A stretch of DNA of 64,000 nucleotides from contig OZ245838.1 in the NCBI GenBank assembly GCA_965228735.1, positions 2,240,001-2,304,000 of the forward strand. The letters are read 5' to 3'. Shown here in pieces: positions 55,791 to 64,000 of this stretch. The notes below the pieces were generated by a model. That model saw nothing but the letters and a program-made list of their open reading frames with translations. It did not search any database and had not been told where the DNA came from. Source of the DNA: Planctomycetota bacterium. Lineage in GTDB: Bacteria > Planctomycetota > UBA1135 > UBA2386. The number at the start of each line of letters is the position of its first letter. Position 1 is the stretch's first letter. Made by a program: the position numbers and the translations under genes.

Positions 55791-58286
55791 TCACGGCAAG
55801 ATGCGTTCATGCAACGCCGGGGTGAAACCAGGCGTCGCGCCCAGGGTCAGGCCCTGGACGTAGAGGTCGAGACCGACGAGGCCCGGCAGCGTCGGGATCG
55901 CCAACGTGGACTCGGCGGTACCGCTCGGCGCCGGCAGGTTCACGAGCGGCAGCGTCGCGGTCGTCGTGATGTCGAGCTGCCAGGTGCCGCGGATACCGGC
56001 GACGGCCAGCGGGCTCGCGCGCGGTCCGAACGCCACGATCGGGATGCAGAGCGTGGGTGAAGCCGCAAACCCGGGCTCGTGCGCGAATCGCACCTGCAGC
56101 TGCCCTCCCGGCGTCGGGCGGGCGAGCGTCGTCGCCGAGCGCAGGTGGTTCATCGGATCCGACGCCAGCATGCCGAAGGCGCCGAGGACGTCGGGATCAC
56201 CGTCACCGTCGATGTCCGCCGCGCCGGCGCCGAACAATTCGACCGACCCGAGCCGGGCGGCGGTCTCGTCGACGAAGGAGCCGTTGCCCGTGTTCATCCA
56301 CAGCTGCGCCCGGCCGCCGAGTTGCAGCAGATCCGTGTCGCCGTCGTCGTCCCAGTCGGCGAACCACGGCTTCATCAGCGAGGAGGTCCCCTGCGCAGTG
56401 TGGATGACCTGCGACTGCACGAACATGCCGCCCTGATTGAGCAGCACCCGGCCTGAGCCGTGCGTCCACGCGAACACGTCGGCGTCGCCGTCGTCATCGA
56501 CGTCGACGAGCTTCATCTTGTCGAGATGACCCCACAGGAACGGCGCCGGAATCTCGCAGGCGTTGCCGAGCGAGAAGCTGCCGTTGCCGTCGTTCTCCAT
56601 GAGCGCGACGCAGTAGCCGGCCGCGCTGCCCGGCGCGAACAGCAGGTCCGGATCCTGGTCGCCGTCCCAGTCCCAGAGCTGCGGGGTGCCCACGATCTCG
56701 GTCCACACCATCGCGGGCGGCGCGAAGACGCCGCTGCCGAGGTTGCGCAGCACGCGGACCGCCGGTCCCGAGTAGGTCACGGCCACGAGATCGTCGAGAC
56801 CGTCGCCGTCGAGGTCGGCCGCAGCGGCCAGGTAACCACGCGCCAGCGATTGCGGCGGCAACGCGGTGAACACGAAGCCCGGGTCCAGGCGGAAGACCTG
56901 CAGGCCGCCGGGGTCGTTCTCGTTCATCACGACGACATCGCGGTCGCCGTCCCCATCGACGTCGGCAGCACGCACGGACGAGCGCAGGAACGGCACCGGC
57001 AGAACGACAGTCGACCACGCGCCGGCGCCGCGATTCCGGCGCGCGTGCACCTGGTAGAACGCCTCCTGCAGCAGGTCGATGCGCCCATCGAGATCGAGGT
57101 CCGCGGCATCTTCCGTCCCGCCGCCGCGGTTCGGCACGAACGGACGGCGCTGGAGCATCGGGTCGAACAGCATGCGGTCGAGCCGACCGAACGCGACCGC
57201 GAGGCCCGAGTCGTCGAAGTCGAAGAGCACGTCGGCGCGGCCGTCCTCGTCGACGTCACCGACATCGAAGCTGCGGACCCCTGCGATCACCTCGGTCGTG
57301 AAGGTCGGTCCGTGGTTGCGCAGGATGCGAAGCTCACCGTCGACCACGTGCACGACGTCGAGGAACTGGTTGCCGTCGACATCGGCGAGCCGCAGGCGAG
57401 CGCCCGCTCGCACAGCGCCCGTGCCGATCGGCACACCCTGGAACCCGAGCGCGGTGTTCCACAACAGATCGACCGCACCGTCCGAGCGTTGCTGGACGAG
57501 ATCACCGTCGCCGTCACCATCGAGGTCGGCCGCGACGACCTGCTGGGCCGGACCGCCGACAACGACACCCGCGGAGAACGTGCCGGCCTGATTCGTCAGC
57601 ACCAGGACGCTGCCGCCGGCGTCGACGGCCACGAGGTCCGGATCGCCATCGCCGTCGATGTCGGCGAGTTCCGGCGCCAACAGCGGCGTGGCCGGCAACG
57701 CGGCCGGCTGGGCCTGGAAGCCGAACGCGCCATCGTGCAGGAACAGCGTCGGGGCCTGAGCCTGGCCCGCGCCATCCGCGCGCGTCACGATCAGATCGCG
57801 GTCGGCGTCACCATCGACGTCTCCGGTTGCGACTGCCGCCAACGCACTGCCTGCCAGCGTCGCCGCGCCGGCGAACTGCGGCATGCCGCCGGTGTTCTGG
57901 AACAACTCGAAGCGCGCGTCCGACCCGGTCGAGCCCGCCAGGATGACCAGCACGTCCAGGTCGACGTCGCCGTCGAGATCCGCGAGCGCGATCTCGAGTC
58001 GGGGCGGCAAGCCCGGGGCGCCCTGGTAGGTCGCCAGCGTCACCTGCTGCCAGGACCCGGCCACGCGGCGGAAGAGCACCACCGTCGCGCTGCCGAACAA
58101 GGGAGTCGCGTGCGCCGCGACACAGTCGAGGTCGCCGTCTCCGTCGACGTCACCGCACGCATACGCCTCGAACGTGCCGGCGAGGTGGACCGCAGGGTAG
58201 CGATGCCCATCAGCCTGGAGTTGCCGGGTCTGCGCCGGCGCGAGCGCGGAGAGCGCGAGAACGGATACGAACAGCAGGCTGCGCAA
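55791..58286 (-). CDS. Secreted FG-GAP/VCBS repeat protein with the conserved C-terminal domain
   Basis: About 14 D(V/L/I/W)D.DG..D repeats; signal ending APA-Q; C-terminus LAIP...LVGLDLYVQG. TTG 58286 has a GAGG RBS (alternative ATG 58379). Confidence 0.88.
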   Translation of the reverse strand: MRSLLFVSVLALSALAPAQTRQLQADGHRYPAVHLAGTFEAYACGDVDGDGDLDCVAAHATPLFGSATVVLFRRVAGSWQQVTLATYQGAPGLPPRLEIALADLDGDVDLDVLVILAGSTGSDARFELFQNTGGMPQFAGAATLAGSALAAVATGDVDGDADRDLIVTRADGAGQAQAPTLFLHDGAFGFQAQPAALPATPLLAPELADIDGDGDPDLVAVDAGGSVLVLTNQAGTFSAGVVVGGPAQQVVAADLDGDGDGDLVQQRSDGAVDLLWNTALGFQGVPIGTGAVRAGARLRLADVDGNQFLDVVHVVDGELRILRNHGPTFTTEVIAGVRSFDVGDVDEDGRADVLFDFDDSGLAVAFGRLDRMLFDPMLQRRPFVPNRGGGTEDAADLDLDGRIDLLQEAFYQVHARRNRGAGAWSTVVLPVPFLRSSVRAADVDGDGDRDVVVMNENDPGGLQVFRLDPGFVFTALPPQSLARGYLAAAADLDGDGLDDLVAVTYSGPAVRVLRNLGSGVFAPPAMVWTEIVGTPQLWDWDGDQDPDLLFAPGSAAGYCVALMENDGNGSFSLGNACEIPAPFLWGHLDKMKLVDVDDDGDADVFAWTHGSGRVLLNQGGMFVQSQVIHTAQGTSSLMKPWFADWDDDGDTDLLQLGGRAQLWMNTGNGSFVDETAARLGSVELFGAGAADIDGDGDPDVLGAFGMLASDPMNHLRSATTLARPTPGGQLQVRFAHEPGFAASPTLCIPIVAFGPRASPLAVAGIRGTWQLDITTTATLPLVNLPAPSGTAESTLAIPTLPGLVGLDLYVQGLTLGATPGFTPALHERILP

Positions 58287-58534
58287 AGCGATACCTCGCG
58301 AGGGTCCGGGTCTGGTTGCGCGCCGTCGCCAGGCTGTCGGCTCGCCGACATCGGCGACGGCACCACAACGTGGAGTCATGCCCTGATTCCGCCGGATCGG
58401 GGCGACCGCTACATCGAAATCCGTCCTTTTTCGAGGGTCGCGCCGAATCGAACGAGCCCCGGGCCGCGGCGCGTAGACGCCCTACCGCGGCGTGCTACCG
58501 TATTCAGGACACCTACTCGCTCGTCTGCCCCGCC

Positions 58535-59320
58535 ATGAAGATCGAAAACACGACGTTCGATTCCCTGCCCGCGTTGGTCCTGCGTGGAGAGTTCGAGACC
58601 GACTCCGCGGCCCCGTTCCTGGCCGCTGTCGACGAGGCCTGCAAGGCCGAGAAGCCCTATGTCCTCGTCGTGATGCGCTACGTCAAGTACATCAACTCGA
58701 CGGCGCTCGGCGCGATCGTTCGCGCCAGGTCGGCGTGCAAGGAACGCGGCGGCGACCTCGTGGTGCTGCAGCCCTCGAAGCTGTGCCGTGAGGTGATCAC
58801 CAAGATGGGCCTCACCAACGTGCTGCCGCTGTTCGACGCGCCCGAGCGCGCGATCGACTTCTTCGACGGCCGGGTCACGGACGAGCCCGGCGCAGAGCCG
58901 GAGGAGGCCGCCGCGAACGAACCGGCGCCGGGCCCCTCGCGCAACACGGTGATGTTCTCGTTCAGTGACGGGCGCGCCGACCTGATCCCGGGCCGCCGTC
59001 GCCGACACTGTGTCGCCACGCTCGCGAACATCGATCCGCAGGAGATCGTCCTGCGCTGGGACCCGTCCTCGGTCGGCGTCGCGCAGGAAAAGACCGCCGA
59101 GATGTTCGTGACGGGCTCGACCATTCATCTCAAGACGCAGCTGAAGCTCGCCCGCCGCGAGTTCTTCGAGGCCGACGCCACGGTCGCGGGCGTCTCGATC
59201 GACGGCGACGACGTGGTCGTCACGTGCAAGTGGACCAACCTCGGGGATGCCGACCGTCGGGACCTGGAGCAGCACGGCTCCGAGATGGCGTTCTTGAAAG
59301 ATCAGTCCGATCGCACGTAG
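58535..59320 (+). CDS. STAS anti-sigma-factor antagonist fused to a PilZ-like domain
   Basis: LVLRGEF...VKYINSTALGAIV with the conserved phospho-Ser; C-terminal beta-barrel-like region ending WTNLGDADRRDL. Confidence 0.8.
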   Translation: MKIENTTFDSLPALVLRGEFETDSAAPFLAAVDEACKAEKPYVLVVMRYVKYINSTALGAIVRARSACKERGGDLVVLQPSKLCREVITKMGLTNVLPLFDAPERAIDFFDGRVTDEPGAEPEEAAANEPAPGPSRNTVMFSFSDGRADLIPGRRRRHCVATLANIDPQEIVLRWDPSSVGVAQEKTAEMFVTGSTIHLKTQLKLARREFFEADATVAGVSIDGDDVVVTCKWTNLGDADRRDLEQHGSEMAFLKDQSDRT

Positions 59321-59325
59321 CACCG

Positions 59326-60228
59326 ATGCCGCGCATCCTGTGCGTCGAAGACAGTGAGGTCGATCGCGTGCTGATCCGCGGGCTGCTCGAGGATCAGCAA
59401 GAGATCGACGACATCGACCTCGACATCGTGCCGGACGCCGAGGCGGCGCTGGAACGGATCGCGGCGGCACCGCCCGATCTCGTCGTCACCGACCTGGTCC
59501 TGCCCGGCATCGACGGCATCGAGCTGTTGCGGCGGATCAAGGCGAGCTGGCCGCTCGTGCCCGTCGTCGTGGTCACCTCCCGCGGCACCGAGGAGATCGC
59601 GGTGAAGGCCCTGCAGGAGGGCGCGTCGAGCTACGTTTCGAAGAGCAAGCTCGCGAGCCTGCTCGTCGAGGCGGTCGACGGAGTGCTCAGCGCGGCCGGC
59701 CGACGCCGCGGTCGCGCGCGCCTCATGCAGGTGATGGTCGATGCGCACGCGTCGTTCGAACTGCAAAACGACCGCAAGCTGTTTCGCCCGCTGCTCAGCT
59801 ACCTGCAGGACACGATGACGGACTTCGGTCTGTTCGACGAGGACGACGCGATGCGCGCCTGTCTCGCGATCGAGGAGGCGCTCAACAACGCCGCCGAGCA
59901 CGGCAACCTGGAGCTCGATTCCGAGCTGCGCGAACGCGACTTCCGCGGCTACCTGACCTTGCTCGAGCAGCGCGTCGACGACCCACGCTACCGCGATCGA
60001 CGCGTGCGGTTCGAGGCGCGCTTCTCGCGATCCGAGTCCGTCTTCCAGGTGACCGACGAGGGCCAGGGATTCGACCACGCGCAGATGCCCGATCCTGAGG
60101 AGAACGCGGCGGATGCCGCCGTCAGCGGCCGCGGCCTGACGCTGATGCACACGTTCATGGACGAAGTCTCGTTCAACGACAAGGGCAACCAGGTCCGGCT
60201 GACCAAACGTTCGCCCGCCGCGCAATGA
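59326..60228 (+). CDS. Response regulator fused to an RsbW/SpoIIAB-like HATPase (anti-sigma Ser kinase)
   Basis: [24 protein letters not shown]. Kinase: [27 protein letters not shown]. Confidence 0.9.
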   Translation: MPRILCVEDSEVDRVLIRGLLEDQQEIDDIDLDIVPDAEAALERIAAAPPDLVVTDLVLPGIDGIELLRRIKASWPLVPVVVVTSRGTEEIAVKALQEGASSYVSKSKLASLLVEAVDGVLSAAGRRRGRARLMQVMVDAHASFELQNDRKLFRPLLSYLQDTMTDFGLFDEDDAMRACLAIEEALNNAAEHGNLELDSELRERDFRGYLTLLEQRVDDPRYRDRRVRFEARFSRSESVFQVTDEGQGFDHAQMPDPEENAADAAVSGRGLTLMHTFMDEVSFNDKGNQVRLTKRSPAAQ

Positions 60229-62909
60229 ACGACGCGATGCGGCCAACGCCGGCACCGCTCCCGCTGCTGCGCTCGCTGCGCGGCCGGCTGATGGCCGCGA
60301 TCGCCGTCTTGCTGATCGCGACGACCGCGGCGCTCTCGGCCGCCAACTACTACGCCGCCCGCGGCATGTTGCGGTCGAGCCTCGAACGGCAGCTGGATCT
60401 GTACGGACAGGGACTGACGGCCGCGATCCGGTCGTTCGCGATGCTCCAGGAAGAACGCGTCCTGCTGGTGTCGAGCCGGACGCGACTGCGCCAGCTGTTG
60501 GCCAGCCTGGCGCGCGGTGAGATCACCGAGGCCGCCTGCCGCGAACAGACCGAGCGGATCCTGCGCGACGCGGCGGGCAGCATCGACTCGTTCGAATCGA
60601 TTCGCGTCGCGGGCCCCGACGGCCGGGTGATCACCGCGAGCGATCTCGCGATCGCGCACGGGAACGCGGCGGGCGACCCGGCATTCGAAGCTGGACGAAC
60701 CGAAGTCTACCTGTCGACGCCGGAACGATCGGCGCGCGGCATGCACGCCACGCTGAGCGCCCCCATCATCGCCGCGGACGGTCTCGAGCTCGGCGTCGTC
60801 CTGGTGTCGGTCGACGTGGGTTCGCTGCGTCAGTTGGTCCAGGCGATCGTGAGCGGGTACGAGACGGCCGAAGTCCGGCTCGCGACCCGCCGTGGCGATT
60901 CGATGCACTACGTCCTGCCCGGCAGTGCGGCCACGGCGGCCACCGCCGCGGACCCCGCGATGGAGCGCGCGCTGCACGGCGAATCCGGCTTCCTCGACGG
61001 CATCGAATTCGGCGGGCGCCGCGTCGTCACGGCGCACTCGCCGAGCGGCTATCGCGACTGGGGTCTGGTCGTGCAACTCGACGAGACCGAGGCCTACGCC
61101 GCGCTCTCCGGCCTGCTAGCGCCGTTCGGGTACATCGCGCTGCTCGGAGCGGGGCTCGCCATCTACGCCGGCGCCCGGCTGGCGCGACGGCTCGTGCGCC
61201 CGATCCAAACGCTCTCGAGCGCGGCGCTCGCGATCGAACGCGGCGACTTCCACGTGCGCGCCGATCTCACGACCCGGGATGAGTTCGGACTGCTCGGCGG
61301 CGCGTTCGACAGCATGGCGGAAGCACTCGAGACCTATCAGGACGAGATGGAGCAGCTGGTCGTCGCCAAGACCGAGGATCTCGAACGGTCACGCGAGGAG
61401 CTCCGCTCCGCCAAGGAACGCGCCGAGCAGGCGAGCAGCGCGAAGACCCGCTTCCTCGCGGGCATGAGCCACGAGATCCGAACGCCGCTGAACGGAATCC
61501 TCGGGATGGCGGAGATCCTGCTGCACTCGCGACTCGACGACGAGCAGCGGCGGCGCGTGCAGACCGTGCACGAATCGGGCCACCTGCTGCTGCGGCTGCT
61601 CAACGACATCCTCGACCTGTCGAAGGTCGAAGCGGGCAAGCTGGAGATCGCCGACCGGGACTTCTCGTTGTCGCGGCTTGCAACGGCAACACTGCAGTCG
61701 TTCGAGCCGGCCGTCGAGCAGAAGGGGCTCGAGCTGCGCTGCACGATCGTCGACGGCGGCCCCGACGCCGTCCGCGGTGACGCCGACCGGCTGCGACAGG
61801 TCCTGACGAACCTCGTCGGCAATGCGGTCAAGTTCACCGAACGCGGCTCGATCACGGTCGAGCTCCAGGTCGTGCCGGTGGACGACGCCTATCGTCTGCA
61901 GGCGGCCGTGCGCGACACCGGCATCGGCATCGCGCCCGACGAACTCGAGGCCGTCTTCGAGCGCTTCACGCAGCTCGGCACCCGACTGACCCGGATCCAC
62001 TCCGGCTCGGGCCTCGGCCTCGCGATCAGCAAACGTCTCGTCGAACGCATGGGCGGCGAGCTCAAAGTCGCCAGCCGCCTCGGCGAGGGCAGCGTGTTCT
62101 CGTTCGACATCGCCCTGCGCGCAGCCGAGGGCGACGTCGACTCGCAGTCGGCGGAGACGCCCGGCATCTCGACGGGCACCCCACTCACGGTCCTCGTCGT
62201 CGAGGACGGCAAGGTCAACCGCCGGGTCGCCCGCGGAATGCTCGAGGTCCTCGGACACACCGTGCTCGAGGCCGAGAACGGGGTCGAAGCGCTGCGCGTG
62301 CTCGCCGAACGCACCGTCGACGCCGTTCTCATGGACGCGGAGATGCCCGAGATGGACGGGTTCGAGACGACCCGGAGGATCCGCGCCGACGAGACGGCGG
62401 GTGTGCGACTGCCCATCATCGGCGTGTCCGCGCACGCGTTGCACGGCTTCCGGGAGCGCTGCCTCGAGGCCGGGATGGACAGCTTCCTGAGCAAACCGAT
62501 GTCGATGCGCGACCTCAACCGGCTGCTGCAACGGCTCACGGGTGGAGAGAGCGCGGAACCGGAGGCGAGCCCGCGCACCGCGCCCTCGACGCGGCACGCC
62601 ATCGCACTCGAGCGGGTCGGCGGCAACGAGGCGACGCTGCGGGCCGTCGTCGCGGCGTTCGGCCGCGAGGCCCCGCGACTGCAGCGCCAGATCGGCGAGG
62701 CGCTCGCGGCGAACGACACCGAGACGTGCACTCGCGCCGCGCACACGCTCAAGGGCGCGGCCGACACCCTCGGCTTCGAACGCCTCCGCGACATCGCGTT
62801 CGCGATCGAGACCCACGGCCGGCAGGGCGACCTCGGAGCGGCGCGGGAGCAGCGGGATGCGCTCGACACCGCGCTCGCGGCCGCGTTGCGAGAGCTCCAG
62901 ATCGCGTAG
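60225..62909 (+). CDS. Hybrid sensor histidine kinase (Cache-like sensor, HAMP, HisKA, HATPase, REC, Hpt)
   Basis: [50 protein letters not shown]; two TMs. Confidence 0.95.
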   Translation: MNDAMRPTPAPLPLLRSLRGRLMAAIAVLLIATTAALSAANYYAARGMLRSSLERQLDLYGQGLTAAIRSFAMLQEERVLLVSSRTRLRQLLASLARGEITEAACREQTERILRDAAGSIDSFESIRVAGPDGRVITASDLAIAHGNAAGDPAFEAGRTEVYLSTPERSARGMHATLSAPIIAADGLELGVVLVSVDVGSLRQLVQAIVSGYETAEVRLATRRGDSMHYVLPGSAATAATAADPAMERALHGESGFLDGIEFGGRRVVTAHSPSGYRDWGLVVQLDETEAYAALSGLLAPFGYIALLGAGLAIYAGARLARRLVRPIQTLSSAALAIERGDFHVRADLTTRDEFGLLGGAFDSMAEALETYQDEMEQLVVAKTEDLERSREELRSAKERAEQASSAKTRFLAGMSHEIRTPLNGILGMAEILLHSRLDDEQRRRVQTVHESGHLLLRLLNDILDLSKVEAGKLEIADRDFSLSRLATATLQSFEPAVEQKGLELRCTIVDGGPDAVRGDADRLRQVLTNLVGNAVKFTERGSITVELQVVPVDDAYRLQAAVRDTGIGIAPDELEAVFERFTQLGTRLTRIHSGSGLGLAISKRLVERMGGELKVASRLGEGSVFSFDIALRAAEGDVDSQSAETPGISTGTPLTVLVVEDGKVNRRVARGMLEVLGHTVLEAENGVEALRVLAERTVDAVLMDAEMPEMDGFETTRRIRADETAGVRLPIIGVSAHALHGFRERCLEAGMDSFLSKPMSMRDLNRLLQRLTGGESAEPEASPRTAPSTRHAIALERVGGNEATLRAVVAAFGREAPRLQRQIGEALAANDTETCTRAAHTLKGAADTLGFERLRDIAFAIETHGRQGDLGAAREQRDALDTALAAALRELQIA

Positions 62910-62918
62910 GTCGCGGGC

Positions 62919-63998
62919 TCAGAACCCGACCTGAGCGCAGATCCCGTTCGTCAACGTGATGCCGACCGCGTTGCCGGGCGTCGGCCCGAACACGCCGCCC
63001 TGCAGATAGACCGGCACACCGTTCGCGGCGGCCGGCACGGCCCACGACCAGCGCATGTCGGTGTTGGTCGCGTTGCCGAGCAACACGCTCGTCAGCACGA
63101 GACCGAGGTCGAGGTGCGACTCACAGCCCGGGAGACCGAAGCCGTCGAGCGGCAGGCCGGTCGGCAGGCCCGCGAAGCCGAGCGACAGGAAGCCGCCGAT
63201 CGGCTGCGCGGGGTTGGGGCCGAGGTTGTCGATCACCGCGTCGATCGTCGTGTTGATCGCGGGCGGGCCGGAGAGCAGCAGTCGCGGCGCGGTCGCACCG
63301 GTGCCGGTCGTGTGCTGCGTGAGCGCCGACCAGTCGATGGGCTCGCCGAGCGGCTGGCCGCCGCCAGGGCTGAAGCCGACGATCGCCGGCCGCAATGGGT
63401 TGGGCACGAGCTGCGCACCGTAGGCGAAAGTCACGGCGCCGGACGGGAGCATCTCGACCTGAACGTCGCATCGCGAGTTCGCCGTTCCCGCGACCTGCAC
63501 GTCGCGCCAGGTGATCCGGACGCCGCCGTTCGGACTCGGATCCTCGATGCGGAACGCGGCCGGGCTGTAGTAAAGGAACTGGGCGTGGAAAGGCGCCAGC
63601 AGCGGCAGATGGTCGCGGAACGACGCCAGCGTGCCGTCGTGCCCATTGATGGCCGCGGCCGGATCCGTCGTCGCGCCGAGGAAGATCTTGCCGTTCGAGT
63701 TGATCGTGATCTCGGTGCAGCTGCCGCCCGGGAACGGCAGACCGCCCGGGAACGTGCTCGACGGCAGCGGGTAGACCAGCGACCCGTCGTTCCAGCCCGA
63801 TGCGCTCGACGACGTCGGCGTCATCGCGAGGAGGTTGGCGCCCGAGCTGACCGCGGTCGGGCCGTCGAACACCGGCCCGCCGGGACTCACGTCGTAGTGG
63901 CCTCCGTTCGCGTCCGGGACGAACGCCAGCGTCCATTGGGTGTCGCGCAGGTCGGCTGCGCTCGCGACGGAGGAGACCCGTTCGAAGACGGCGCGCGG
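62919..63998 (-). CDS. Probably secreted protein (5' end outside window) with nidogen-like region and the conserved C-terminal domain
   Basis: Frame open to the window edge; LPFPGG...ITINSNG...LAPFH motif; C-terminus GLPGC...VPVYLQG...TNG...VG. Confidence 0.75.
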   Translation of the reverse strand, partial: PRAVFERVSSVASAADLRDTQWTLAFVPDANGGHYDVSPGGPVFDGPTAVSSGANLLAMTPTSSSASGWNDGSLVYPLPSSTFPGGLPFPGGSCTEITINSNGKIFLGATTDPAAAINGHDGTLASFRDHLPLLAPFHAQFLYYSPAAFRIEDPSPNGGVRITWRDVQVAGTANSRCDVQVEMLPSGAVTFAYGAQLVPNPLRPAIVGFSPGGGQPLGEPIDWSALTQHTTGTGATAPRLLLSGPPAINTTIDAVIDNLGPNPAQPIGGFLSLGFAGLPTGLPLDGFGLPGCESHLDLGLVLTSVLLGNATNTDMRWSWAVPAAANGVPVYLQGGVFGPTPGNAVGITLTNGICAQVGF

Positions 63999-64000
63999 CG

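Noticed and set aside
1..64000. tRNA, rRNA, integrase or IS elements
   Set aside because: None recognised by eye; tRNAscan-SE, Infernal and ISEScan would be needed to exclude them formally.

Overview
Very GC-rich bacterial DNA, most likely from an uncultured Planctomycetota lineage (inferred from the DUF1549/DUF1553 + DUF1501 pair, ECF sigma/Ser-Thr kinase pairs and a sulfatase). About 43 CDSs are supported; no rRNA, tRNA, CRISPR array or transposase was recognised. Main content: (1) a tightly linked minus-strand operon at 1017-12188 encoding a membrane pseudokinase with Ig-like repeats, a lipoprotein, a dynamin-like GTPase and an Hsp70-type ATPase, preceded by a 1.1 kb intergenic region with long imperfect hairpins; (2) a ~14.6 kb minus-strand run at 13334-27948 (secreted repeat protein, DUF1553, DUF1501, Ser/Thr kinase, ECF sigma, astacin protease) in which two genes share an upstream motif at identical spacing; (3) many secreted proteins with signal peptides apparently cleaved before Gln and a common ~110-120 aa C-terminal domain that may be a sorting or anchoring module; (4) three ECF-kinase pairs plus one conventional ECF/anti-sigma-like pair; (5) a GbsR-family regulator with its operator and an MBOAT operon; (6) a STAS / REC-ATPase / hybrid kinase partner-switching module. 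All family assignments come from motif recognition by eye and need HMM or structure confirmation. Several starts were moved from the ORF track using RBS, signal peptide or stop-start overlap evidence.
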